Shown piece after piece: positions 49,567 to 61,853 of a stretch of 64,000 bases of DNA. The notes below the pieces were generated by a model, which saw only the letters and a list, made by a program, of their open reading frames with translations, ran no database searches and was not told the origin of the DNA. Each line of letters starts with the position of its first letter. Within the stretch, counting starts at the first letter, position 1. Both the position numbers and the translations under genes were made by a program. The stretch comes from Oopsacas minuta (taxonomy: Eukaryota > Animalia > Porifera), in assembly GCA_024704765.1 (NCBI GenBank), contig JAKMXF010000277.1:310001-374000 (forward strand), written 5' to 3'.

Positions 49567-51030
49567 ATTCTGTTTCTTTAGCCTGAATTCTGCAAAATAT
49601 AAGAATTGAAAATATTTTAAAATAATTGCTAATAAAATCAGTAAATGTAATTACAGTTAATTTGATAACTAAATTTTAAAATACGGTATAATTATAATAA
49701 CTGGAATTTAATGATCAGTTATAATCCTATAAATTGATCAGCTAAAGCAAATTGAATATTTCAAATATATGTTAACTTACGCTTGTTAATATAATACTTG
49801 TAGAGTTGAGGATAAAGCTTTCTCAAATCGAATTTGCAATAACTGCATAGTCGAAATGTAAATTTTTAGACTAAACAACATGTAGATATTTAAGGTGGTT
49901 TAGTTAATTAAGCTGGTGAAGCAAACATTGCAAATAATAAAGTCAATTTTCACATTTTTCCGTATACTTATAGTTAGTAGCTCAACAATAAAAATCATAT
50001 TACTACAAAAATATCAAAACTATATTCAGAAGCATATGGTTATATCACTCACATTTCCAAGGTATTAGAATATTTTTCAAAGTACCTAAATGTCGGATAA
50101 TTAGAAGATCAATTCTTAGGAAATGTAAAGGCTCAAACTACTCAAACCATTTATACCTATAGTGTATTTCAATATGTATTCTTCAACACCTCCGGGATTA
50201 TTTTCATTTCCCAAAATGTTTCAATTGAAGAAACCCGCGAAATGATAAACAAACTTAAAGCAATTAATCACAAACCATAAACAATCATGTCAATTACTTT
50301 GCCTATTATTAAGATAATTAGTAAGAAGTTAATTTAACCGATTGCGTCGGGAAATGTGCGATCTTATGACGTCAATATGGTGCTGAAATCTCGATTTGAG
50401 TGCGGGAAGTGGTAAAATTCACGTGTTCCTTTTTGTTACGAACGTAACACTTCGGTCCTAATCGGTGAAGGTAGTTGAATGAAATTGGATATGGATTGTA
50501 AATGAAAATTATCGTCGATTTGCACGTATTGAAATCGAAAAATGTTGCTTATAGCAAAAAATAGACAGATGTTGTTGAATAACCATTCAAATCTCATAAT
50601 TCACGTAGATACTTGCTATAAACGGCTACATAGGGGGTTACTCTTACAAAATAATTCAATAACATATATGCCATATACGTATATTTGTGAATTACATTGT
50701 TCTAAATATATCTATATTATAATACTCAAAGGGGCCGTCAATTTGGAGAATAATGGATACCTCGAGGCACAATGCGCCGAGTTCATCGCGAAGCGACGAG
50801 CTAAAGGTTAGTAGTAGTAATATTATCAAGTACTGTACAGCTAGAAGTTAAATTATTATTGCGAACTTAGTTCTCAAAATTGCATACCATAATGATCCTT
50901 CCCCTGACAAACGACAATCAAACAAACATTGAGTATAATATACATATTAATAATACAAGCATAACAGATTCTAAATATGAAGATAAACTAGTTGTGATAG
51001 GAAGCACACTAAAAATCTACATAATGCAAA

Positions 51031-52224
51031 TTATTGTAACAAAGGTTCTCTCAAGTTCTTATTAATCCTGAAACAGAAACGTTTGCAGTTGAATTTAAAA
51101 CTTATATTTGTTTTTGATAATAAATAGGGCAGACTAATCAGGTTTAGAATGAATAGAAATATCAAGGAAACAGATATACATAATCGTGCTAGTGTTGATC
51201 CGACGAGAGAAAGGTAATTTAATACTTGTTTTACCTCTTCATTGATTTGTATGTGTAGTCCATAGGTACGTGACAAATTGTTAGCAAGAAAGAGCCCAAA
51301 AAACATCATTGAAGTACGGAAAATTACACCCAAATAGAAAAAATCCATAATAAATATATAAATAAACGTGAAGTATTTGAAATTTCGAAGAATATTCGAA
51401 TATGATTTGAATAAATAATGGTCTTTTCCAAATGCTATTTTAGCATCCAATTTCTTCCATTTGATAACACAAATAAGTTTAGCTCTGTAGTGAAATGTAA
51501 GAACTAATTGTACTGTGACAATGCAGCACTCAAATATATGCAGAATGATATACACCTCCTCACTTAGTAACAATAAGAACAGGATGACACAAGCAAGAGA
51601 TGAACTGAGAAGGAAAAACTTGTGTTTACTTGCTAATTCCACTGATTTCAGTGGGTTATTGTAATTCAGGGACTTCTTAGTTACCATTACATAATAGGAC
51701 ATGAGAGTGTAAACCATTGAGAAAGCTAAAACCAAAGGAATACCGAAAGCAACATGAAATATTCTATAATTGAAACCCATCAACCATTTTTTGGTCTCTG
51801 GAATACTATGGTGAGAAGGAGCATCATATGATGTAGTGAGATTAGATGTTATATTATTTGCTATCTTAACTGAGTTATGGTAATGGAACTCTGAGTAACC
51901 TACGTAAGCGGAGTATAATGAATATATGCCTAAGATTATTGTGAGGATAGAAGAAATTAGCTCGCATAATACAATAGCAAACAGGAATAAACATTTACGG
52001 TATTCTACTCTTGAATTTAGAGCCTCCAATTTGGCTTCTTGTTGGCATAGAGCTAGAATAGAATACTTCATTTTCCTCCTCGAACGTTTTATAGATTGAA
52101 ATAAGACAATTAGCCATGCAAGTAGTATAATGATATGGATAAAGAATATACAAATACAAATAATATCCGATATTATCTCAAATAGTAAATTTCCTGCATA
52201 TAAATTGATGAAAGTTTCATTCAT
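51031..52224 (-). CDS. Orphan 7-TM-like membrane protein, copy B (397 aa), inverted relative to copy A
   Basis: Shares a 367-bp block identical by eye and a 178-bp near-identical block with copy A. Confidence 0.75.
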   Translation of the reverse strand: MNETFINLYAGNLLFEIISDIICICIFFIHIIILLAWLIVLFQSIKRSRRKMKYSILALCQQEAKLEALNSRVEYRKCLFLFAIVLCELISSILTIILGIYSLYSAYVGYSEFHYHNSVKIANNITSNLTTSYDAPSHHSIPETKKWLMGFNYRIFHVAFGIPLVLAFSMVYTLMSYYVMVTKKSLNYNNPLKSVELASKHKFFLLSSSLACVILFLLLLSEEVYIILHIFECCIVTVQLVLTFHYRAKLICVIKWKKLDAKIAFGKDHYLFKSYSNILRNFKYFTFIYIFIMDFFYLGVIFRTSMMFFGLFLANNLSRTYGLHIQINEEVKQVLNYLSLVGSTLARLCISVSLIFLFILNLISLPYLLSKTNISFKFNCKRFCFRINKNLREPLLQ

Positions 52225-53286
52225 TTCAGTAATACTTTACAAACCCAACAATATCAAGTGGATCTATGATAGAACCATCTATTTATATATAATCATTATT
52301 CATAGTAAATTGAAATGTTCATAAACACATTTCTCATATAATCTTAATTGAGATTAATCCCTTGTAATTTTTCCAAAGAATTGTATTGTGTAATATCAAA
52401 TTAGAATTCGATACTTCTAATTGTAATCAAGAGGTTGTGATATATACTCTACGATTGATAGAACTTATGGGATATTATGTAATATCGCAAAATATATCTC
52501 ACCAAAGTTGGGTTGAATTATTCAAATTTATAATAGTGCTAGGCTGGATACACAATATTATATCAGGGCCCTGAAATTCATTATAATGTTCCTAATAATC
52601 AATATAATACTGATCGCTTGGGTATGTCAGAAATATTAATGTACTACGAGTTATAACAGTTAACTTTGTAGCCAGATGGACGCTATCGCTATATTATTAT
52701 GCTGTGTCATTTAATTGGATATTAATTACATTGTATTTGCTCAATTGAGAGCACGAAGTGGCGAGCATACGCGGAGTCGCGGATGCTTAGCGCTGGAATC
52801 TACGCAAGGGCGAGCAAGCGAAGTGCGCTCGTTAGTAATTTTTGGTTAATTATGGAATTTCCATAAATTCAGAAGCTAATATTCATTCATGTAGGAGTTA
52901 GTCGCCTTTTTGGAAATAAGCATATTTATAATGGCAATCAGTAACCCTGTGCTACGCTCTAATTATAATTAATAAATTCGCCTGATGAATTATACGATAC
53001 AATAACTCCAGACTCTAAATAGCATCCTCCACAATCTAGAACTAATATCAAAGTTCTCAAACCTTGTGACCTGGCAATATTAGAAATTACATCCTCATAC
53101 AACATCATTAAATCCAAATTATCTATACTACTAAGGGTATCAAATTATAATTACGTGTGGGTTGTATTATATAATTGCCATAATTATTAGCAGTATGCAC
53201 GAGGGAGAGATTTTATTACTTTCAATCAGTATAATTCTAATAAAGTCAGAAAGTACATTAAAATTAAAGTATTTTGAGTTCAAAAT

Positions 53287-54261
53287 ATGAGCGGTGAGGT
53301 TCCTCGATTAGAATTCAACTTTTCTCAAACTGACTATGATCGAGAAGAATCAATAAGTCCTTATGATCTTAAAACTGTATCGGCAAATAATGAAAAATGG
53401 TTGGTTGACGAGGCATCGGCGTCACCCTCACCAGATTTCACTATTGCAGAAACAATAGAGGTTGTAGCCACAGAAAACCCGGAAAATTTGATTTCTGAAA
53501 AATCCCTACTTACAGATCGACTAAGTATTCTAGCGCCTGAACCTCTACTTCCTACTAAATACCACCCATTGTGTTTCTGTTACCGACATCCAGATGATTA
53601 CGATCACCATCAACCGAGAGTGTACACGAATGGAATACCTAATGATGAAGACGTCGTTATATACTCTGAAGTAGAAGGGGATGTTACGTGGGCGGAATTG
53701 AAGGCTGCCAGGCCAGACACTCCAAATCTTCACAAGCTATTCCCACTTCTACAATGGTGGCAGCATAATGAAGAAGAGGAAGCGTATCAAAAAGGATTGT
53801 TAGAAAAAGAGAAGAAAATTAGCAAAGTAATCGAAGATATCAGAAAAGCGACGGCAAATGAGAAGCTTAGGCTAGATAGATTATTTCCTTTACCAAACGT
53901 TACCCCGAAACAAATATGCACACCGAAACCAAAGTCTCCTAGTTTGAAACGGAACGAACATATCAATAAAGTTAACACACCCTATAAAACAGCTGATGCA
54001 CAAAGAAACAGACCAACCCTTAAGCAAACAAAGCAAAACACTTCTACATTAGAACGCAGAGGGCAAAAAGATAAGGTGAAAGCTTTGAATAAAGTTGTTT
54101 CTCTCAGCGATCATAGTTTGAGGGAAAAGAAAGCAAAGACCTTCATGCCGTTTTGTACACCAGAAGAGCATATATTCTATGAAATATATGGCTGTACAAA
54201 GAAAGAAATGCAGGAAAGAAGGGACCAAGAGAAGAGAATGAAAGCAGGTGTCAGGTTTTGA
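53287..54261 (+). CDS. Orphan 324-aa protein (acidic N-terminus, coiled-coil, basic C-terminus)
   Basis: Long ATG-initiated ORF in very AT-rich DNA; no family recognised. Confidence 0.6.
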   Translation: MSGEVPRLEFNFSQTDYDREESISPYDLKTVSANNEKWLVDEASASPSPDFTIAETIEVVATENPENLISEKSLLTDRLSILAPEPLLPTKYHPLCFCYRHPDDYDHHQPRVYTNGIPNDEDVVIYSEVEGDVTWAELKAARPDTPNLHKLFPLLQWWQHNEEEEAYQKGLLEKEKKISKVIEDIRKATANEKLRLDRLFPLPNVTPKQICTPKPKSPSLKRNEHINKVNTPYKTADAQRNRPTLKQTKQNTSTLERRGQKDKVKALNKVVSLSDHSLREKKAKTFMPFCTPEEHIFYEIYGCTKKEMQERRDQEKRMKAGVRF

Positions 54262-56130
54262 AATATTTATAAATAGTTGGAATGATTTGGTACTTTTCAT
54301 TTATCCTCTGGTTTACAATATATAGCAACATCCATTAACTCGAACATTCGTTATTTCAAACGATATTCACTTTCCTTCGTTGTACCTTTAATACTTATCG
54401 CATCCGTTATCTCACTCTCATACATGCCAACAAGATTGAATAAGAAAACTACTGTAGAGGCATATTATTATTAGTCTCACCCTAAGTTTATTGATTCATC
54501 AGAAAATAGCTATGAACTTTGAATCATTCAATTGAATTGGTCGAAGAAGCACCTAATTCGACAGTATACAAATTTTCGTATTGCTGTAGAGGAGAGCAAA
54601 ATCAAATAGCACTTAATGGTCGCAAAATTCCCATATCTTCAGTATATCGCGAAAATTTAGAGGTTCGAAAACCTATTTATGTAATATCCACAAAAATATG
54701 TGGAAAAATTGTGGGTGTTCGCTTTTCTCTCTATTATGTAATTCTGTTATTTTCGTAAACGCGAAAAAACATCGAAAAAAACAAGCATCTTAATAATTAT
54801 TATTTAAATAATTATTTCCGCTAGTAATATTATCTAATGAATTTGTAGACAGTAAGTTAGATTATATCAATTGCACAATTATGAATTAAGCAAAACGTCA
54901 CCCTAAAAATATATTATAGATCATCGAGGTCATATGACAGAGTTTTTAGAATAATCATTGATTGTTAAATGACATACAAAATCCAATGGACTTTACGACT
55001 TAAATAATCAATTTAAATGCTTTCAATAAGATCACTTCCGTTCATAGGAAAATATCACGTTAAGCTGAGAATTATATGGTCGTTTACGTCATTAGTAGAT
55101 TCTTGCTAATGCTTACAGAGCATATAGCTGATGTACAATATTTGGAAAATGGTAAAAATGGTTAAAGAAAGACTTAAAGACACTATACCCCGCTTTATAG
55201 GGTCACATGGGGACCAGGCCATTTTGACCAAATTCAGCGGAACAAAGGAGTTGGCCCGATTGACCGGTCTACTGTATTCGTAAAAAAATAAAATATTTAA
55301 TTTATACCATAAGAGTGGGTTTCCTTCAGCCAATGATTTGAAATTCATTTATCCTTGATCATTAAAATAGCGATATTCTGTTGACGATGACTAACATGCT
55401 GAAGTTTACTCGCTGAAATGTTTCTAATAATCAAATGGAATTAAACCACCTTATCAATTGAAAATTGGGATGGTCATAATGCGGTTCAATAATAAATAAC
55501 TTAAGATAGTACACAGTAATTATACAGTAATTATACCAAGTGTATCTCTATATAGCTAATTAGCTATATAGTACTATTAAGATCCCCAACCAACATCTAC
55601 AGATGATTGTATTGATCACTAGATAACACTGATAAAATGTATAACCAGAAAAGGACAATGATAATATTTTAAATTTTATCTTCAGTGATAGCGATGATCA
55701 CTGGAAAAAATTGTATTAATCATGGGGGCAGGGGTGCCGAAATTTCTAACAACTTGAACAATCCAGGGGGCTCAAACTTCGTATATAGGGATAGAACCAA
55801 GTGAGCGGGGGCTCGAGCCCACTTGCCCCCCGGGTTCGGAGCCTATGATAGGGGCCACTCTGGGGGAAGTTATTCGGGATATGCGATTGTTGGAGTATGG
55901 CCTACTAATCATGTAAATGAAATCCGAATAAATGTTAATACAAAAACTAAAACGTGACTAGAGTATCGCAAGAATCTCACTCATTGTGGTATGCATGAGA
56001 TACTTTTCATAAAGTACAATAATATAATAAAATGAAAATATTAAAGATATGTCAACAATATTTAATACTTTAAGAAATTCTATTGGAATATTTCAATGTA
56101 AACATTCAATTATTATATGGCATTAAATAT

Positions 56131-56676
56131 TCAAAAATAGTCACTTTTACTATTATCAGCTCCTCCTTTCTTGAGGGCTTTTCCTAATGCCCTAAAACTG
56201 TTTGATCTTTCAGGACGCTTGAGGGCTTCTTGGTGACACGGATTTCTGAATCTCACATTAATATAATTTCGTTCAGTATCATCGCTGTCACAGGAGTCAG
56301 ATTCATTAATAACAGTTGATAGATGATTACGTTCTCTCCAAGCTAAGACCCTGTCTTCAAGATTTTCATGTGAATCAAAAGAAAAACTCTGCGACATTTC
56401 ATTCTTTGAGATTTTTTTCGGACTAAAAAATTCTTTTTCTGTTTCATAATGATTGAAAATTTTGTCATTTTCATCTTTCCACTTTAAAAGAGTAGTTTTT
56501 ATTTCCTCTAGGCTTGCAAGGTTCTTCTCTGATTTTGCATCTATTATCTTCTTCTTTGTAGCTATTTCTCCATGGATTTCTTCAGGATTTGTAACTATAA
56601 ATGTTGGGTTACTGATTGTTTGTTTGGTGATACAATGTTGTCGTTTCCAATATTTAAACAAATTCCAAGTGTTCAT
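56131..56676 (-). CDS. Orphan 181-aa charged protein
   Basis: ATG-initiated ORF with coiled-coil-like and Ser/Asp-rich segments; no family recognised. Confidence 0.5.
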   Translation of the reverse strand: MNTWNLFKYWKRQHCITKQTISNPTFIVTNPEEIHGEIATKKKIIDAKSEKNLASLEEIKTTLLKWKDENDKIFNHYETEKEFFSPKKISKNEMSQSFSFDSHENLEDRVLAWRERNHLSTVINESDSCDSDDTERNYINVRFRNPCHQEALKRPERSNSFRALGKALKKGGADNSKSDYF

Positions 56677-57300
56677 TTCGATATTAACAACTTAATACTT
56701 CTAGTACTCTCAATATATTCAATTCATTCCTTTATACTGTACATATATTCTGAAATGTATACTCAGTGATTATATTTCAAAATATCATTTCACCTCCTTC
56801 TGCATACCTTTCCATATCTTATAATGAAAATCATAATTATTAATACGTAAGTATATAATCTATATTAATCAATCTCAATTTTGCTTGTCTGTTTGTTTGT
56901 CCGTTGATATGTAAATACCTTGTTGTTTTTATGAATAGGCTTGCTCTAAACGGCTAAACATTGGTAACACAGTACGCTGAATCCGAATTCACTCATTTTA
57001 TGCCTAAAGATTTGGACATTTTCGATTTTGAACTTGACCTAAGTTCAATATTATTTCCCCAAATAAGTACAATATTAATTAGCTAATACTAATGATATGA
57101 TGGTATAATGAAATGCAATATTAAATTGGGAATCAAACATTCAATAAGAAATAATACTAGTATTACATAATCCTGAGAAGTGAAGAGTAATGTATACAAA
57201 TCATACTAATTCCTAAATCATTGAAAAATTCTCAATTACTAGTATAAATAAATAATCTTGTTCAAATGGATTAAAAAAATTTTCCAGTGTATTATTCAGA

Positions 57301-58473
57301 ATGACTGATCTAGAATCAAACTCTACAGGGATAGACCTTCTGTATTCGATTTCTATTAATAGCAATAAAGTGTGTACAATAATATTGTATGCTTCGATGT
57401 TCAGTTTGTGTTTTCTATCTTTCATTTGGTCAATTAACTTAATTTTCTCTGTTCTAAAAGAGAAAAAGAATCAAAAGAACCTCTACGAAATGAAGAATTC
57501 TATCCAAAGAGAACTATGGAAGCTAAAAATTGTGAATAGCGAAAGGAAAATAATTAGAAATAAATTTTTAATCGCAATTACCACAATAGAATGGCTAATG
57601 ATGTTTAGTATATGCTCAATGGTGATTATGGGAACCACAAGAACATTTGTTGATAATAGAGAATTCTTTATATACCCAATAATAATGTCTAATTGTTTAT
57701 ACAATACAATGGCAGAAGATTTCTGGGGAAAATTATTAATCACATTTATCGTGACTATTTTCCTTTTTCAACTCATCCTACTTAGAATACTTACACAATA
57801 TCTATGTTCACAATACAATTTCTACACTAATGGAATATTCAGGATAAGTAGACAATTCAAATTAGCAATTTTCTGGTTGATAATTATTTTCATACTCGGG
57901 TTAATCCGTCAGACAATCATCTTACAATGGATTATAGTTGATATTTACTTCGCATATGAATTTGCTTGTTACTTCAAGGCTACAATATTACTCGCAAACC
58001 TCCTATACAAGCGATACTTTGACGCCAAATTTCATGAATATCAAGCCAACTCAGTCGTCGCGTATTACAGATGGGCATATATAGAGTTCAAAATTGGTTC
58101 CTGTATCCTCGTGGCATCATTCTTCATGCATGTATTGAGTTTGATTACATTTGTGATATTTTCAATCTTGTGGTTAGTTCTCACTTCTCCAAATCATTGG
58201 ATTCAAGTCTTATTCCTAAACGGGAAAATTGAAGATTTCAATTTATTTTCTCATCATTATCGACAACAGTTACAAATATTTCTTGAAGTGTACAATAGTA
58301 TGGAATTAGTGTGTTTGGCAATTGGCTGGAGTTTACTTGTTATCCCTTACGTCATCGTCTCTCTGAGACTTTGCTCAAATACAATACGAAAGCCTTTTAG
58401 AATCTACGACTATAAGAATCGTGAATTAATTCAAGCACTAATAGAGAAAAATAATCAGTGTTATCATAAATAA
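57301..58473 (+). CDS. Orphan 7-TM-like membrane protein, divergent family member C (390 aa)
   Basis: Shares KL..NS......R..FL.AI...E and L.....DAK......Y.....FK with copies A and B, and a similar hydrophobicity layout. Confidence 0.7.
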   Translation: MTDLESNSTGIDLLYSISINSNKVCTIILYASMFSLCFLSFIWSINLIFSVLKEKKNQKNLYEMKNSIQRELWKLKIVNSERKIIRNKFLIAITTIEWLMMFSICSMVIMGTTRTFVDNREFFIYPIIMSNCLYNTMAEDFWGKLLITFIVTIFLFQLILLRILTQYLCSQYNFYTNGIFRISRQFKLAIFWLIIIFILGLIRQTIILQWIIVDIYFAYEFACYFKATILLANLLYKRYFDAKFHEYQANSVVAYYRWAYIEFKIGSCILVASFFMHVLSLITFVIFSILWLVLTSPNHWIQVLFLNGKIEDFNLFSHHYRQQLQIFLEVYNSMELVCLAIGWSLLVIPYVIVSLRLCSNTIRKPFRIYDYKNRELIQALIEKNNQCYHK

Positions 58474-60021
58474 TAATCATAGAAAGTATATCTGTCTTAT
58501 CCAATCATGTTATGTAATCAAATGAATATTTTGTAGACAACCATTGTAATTAAACAATACATTCTCACCTAATAACGCACTACAGAGATATTATAGTAGC
58601 AGGGAAGGATCAGGGGGTCGCGTGGGGTTACAACCAGTGATGTTTTCCCAATTTAGAAGTGGGGGAACGCTCTATCCACCTAGGCGTGGAAAATGATGTA
58701 ATAATTAAATTCAGATGTTAAAATACAAATATTATTACTACTATACTACAAGGAGGAATTACAATTTATGCCAACTACAATTTTGTTTGTTCTGTGCTAG
58801 TGATATCTGGGAGAACCGCGTCCCCCGCGAAAATATCACTGGTTACAACCCCCATTGAATTTACACGACCTTTGATATCCCTTATACTTTGGATAAATTA
58901 GTGTGCGGTTGTGCTAGATTCTACAACTACGTTTTAGACCTAACCGGATCTTCCAGTCCTGTACTACACATGTGAGTATGTTCAAATTACATGTACATAT
59001 TCCTATAGAAGATTTGCCGAGTATTTGTACTGCTGCATCCAAGCCGACTGTTGCGAACTACATTATTTTGTGATCAATAAATATTCACTGGGCACTTTAG
59101 TGAAGATTACTGTATTACCTATCAAATATATATCTTCTCTCTCATAAAGTAATGTAGTGTGGAAATTGGGTAAATAGCACTCTTTTGCATATGGATATCA
59201 GGGGCATTACCCCTGGGGGCAAACTGAGTCCCAGACTCCCAACTCATGATGGTATTTTATACAAGTATAACTCCCTTTGAGTAATCCTGGATACGACCAT
59301 AAGTAGAGTTTCGTATTCAATTAAATTATAAACAATTGAATACGAAATACACAGCATGTACCTGACCATTTGAATTTTGAGAGCTTTCTAACAGATATAT
59401 CTCTCTCAAAATTCTAAAACATGTATTCATCTCACAATATTCAAGCGATACGTGTAAAATATATTTATATAAACTGTATTCAAATCGTATTGTACATACT
59501 ACATACAGTATTGATGAAATACATATGTTCCGCGCCAAGTATGAATTTGGGGAAACTAGGAATATTTCTACTTGGCCCAGCGCAAAATAGGAATTAAAGT
59601 ATTGTGAAATTTTAATGGGTTGTATTTCCAACTTAATTCAACAATGATAATTATCGAATTACTCACTAATGACATGTCTGACATTGATCCAAGAGAAAAT
59701 TCTTCACCTCAATCCAAATACTAGTGAAGTAAATGCACCAATACAAAAGTAAACGCATTCTAATTAACTAGTCGATAAAAATCCCCCTACACATACCAGT
59801 ATCACTTCAAATACACCAACCATCAAAGAAGCGGAAGCCAAGCATCTAAATAATTCCGTAACGGTATGTCTGACATTAATCTATGGGAAAATATCTTTAT
59901 AGAAAGTATTCCTAATTAGTTGTGCCAAGTAGGAATATTCTTAGTTTGCACAAATTCCTGCATATATAGTGTCCATGTCAATATATTCGTATAATTATAT
60001 ATGTGTACACTAATATCAAAA

Positions 60022-61616
60022 TCAAAAACAATACGTGTTCTTCTTATCACCAACGTTAGAATCTGGATCTATTATAACCCTGTTATTGTGCATAATATCA
60101 CCAGTATTGTACCTCTCCTTGTTTTCAAATAAACTCCTTTTAATATCACAAACAATGGTCAAAAAGGCTTGCTCTACATTAATAGCACACTTTGCACTTG
60201 TCTCTATGAAGTTAATCTTCATTTCATCAGCAAACTCTTTAGCTGTAGAGTAGTCTATTATCTTCTGACTTGTCATATCACATTTATTGCCTACCAACAA
60301 CTTACATGCATTTGGAATGCAGTAAGTTTCAATTTCCTGTAGCCATTGCTTAATATTACCTAGAAATTTGATAAAATACTCAATTGAAAATACATTAAAC
60401 AATAAATTCAAGGATAACACATTCATTATTCAAATTTTTCCAAACTATTGGAGACTGAAAAGTATATTATTCAATCACAACTAACAAACCTAATGGTGTA
60501 TAAGATTTTCCAAAAAGGAAGCCTTTGGCCAGTGCTGCCAAGTGAATTCAGAAAATTATTGAGATTGACAAAAAATTTATGTAGAAACCAAATTCTTTAC
60601 GGAGCATTTATAATTCCTTATTGAGCCTAACAGGTCTTAATTTGCTTTTACAAATGCCATTAGCTAACAACTTTTATTAATAATCATTAATATATGTAGA
60701 TATATGCACGCTTTCGCGTTTGTAAACAATAAATTTTAATCACTATCAGCATGCAACAAACTATCAAACTACTATTGTATATGGTCGTACATACTTTGAG
60801 AAAATAACTCGCACATTTTCGAGGTAGGTACAAACGTTGAGGAATTTTGAATATTGACCTTTATCGTTAGCAAAAGTATTACACGTACAGGTAATTCGAT
60901 AGAAATATATAGAAATAAGTCTTCATACGTAGATACGTAGATAACAGTCAAATTTACATAGTCTACATAAATTACGGAGATTTGGCAGCACTTCCTTTGG
61001 CTGACACGAAGTGTTAGAAAGCGCGCACCGCAAGCAAGCGAAGTGGCTTGTTATTCTAGAATAGGAAATTTCCTATCGCCGATAAATCGATAAATTAGTG
61101 TCAACAAGTTTCAAATTTAACTTGAATTTTTCCAAATATTACAAGATCTGTTCCCAAACATTTTAGTAACGGAAGAATGTACGAACTTTCATTATATCAA
61201 CATTTACCATATTCCTAGACAAAATGGACAAATCGAAGACTCATTCTGCTTAGTTAATGATAACAGGCTATGATTCATATCGTAGTAACTTAGAGCACAT
61301 TATTGTTTGCCACAAACTTACTGAAAGTATCTTGATCAGTGACGTCATACACCATCATGATACCATGCGCACCTCTGAAATATCCTTTAAATGCACCCAG
61401 AGAATTCGCGAACCTGAAAGAAATGAATGTATCCCATATCTGTAGCTTGATAGTTTTACCATCTACATTAACAGTGTGGACTCTAAAGTCCACAGGATGC
61501 AGTCTAAAGTACTCAGTGTATGAATCTTCCACAAACCGTAGAAGGAGATTGGACTTTCCGACTCTTGAATCACCGACTATGAGAAGTTTGAATAGGTAGT
61601 CATAATCTACACTCAT
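60022..61616 (-). CDS. Rab1-like small GTPase with degenerate switch I and II, 2 exons, 210 aa
   Basis: Exons 61616-61322 and 60359-60022 form a phase-1 join [45 protein letters not shown] and ETSAK are Rab1-like. Confidence 0.85.
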
Positions 61617-61853
61617 ATTGACCTGAACAAAAAATGGCTTCGCTATAATCCCTGATGGTTTTATTAGACGCGAAATACAACAATAATTTCGGGAATCAGG
61701 GCTGGATTAGGTTATGCCAGGCCTGGGTGTATAGATTAATGAAACTATCAAAAAGTATTCTACATTATTTAGGAATTTACATACTCAGAAAACAAAATTA
61801 AATACTAAATTGACATACATAATCATATGAAAACTCCTGAAATTTGATATATA

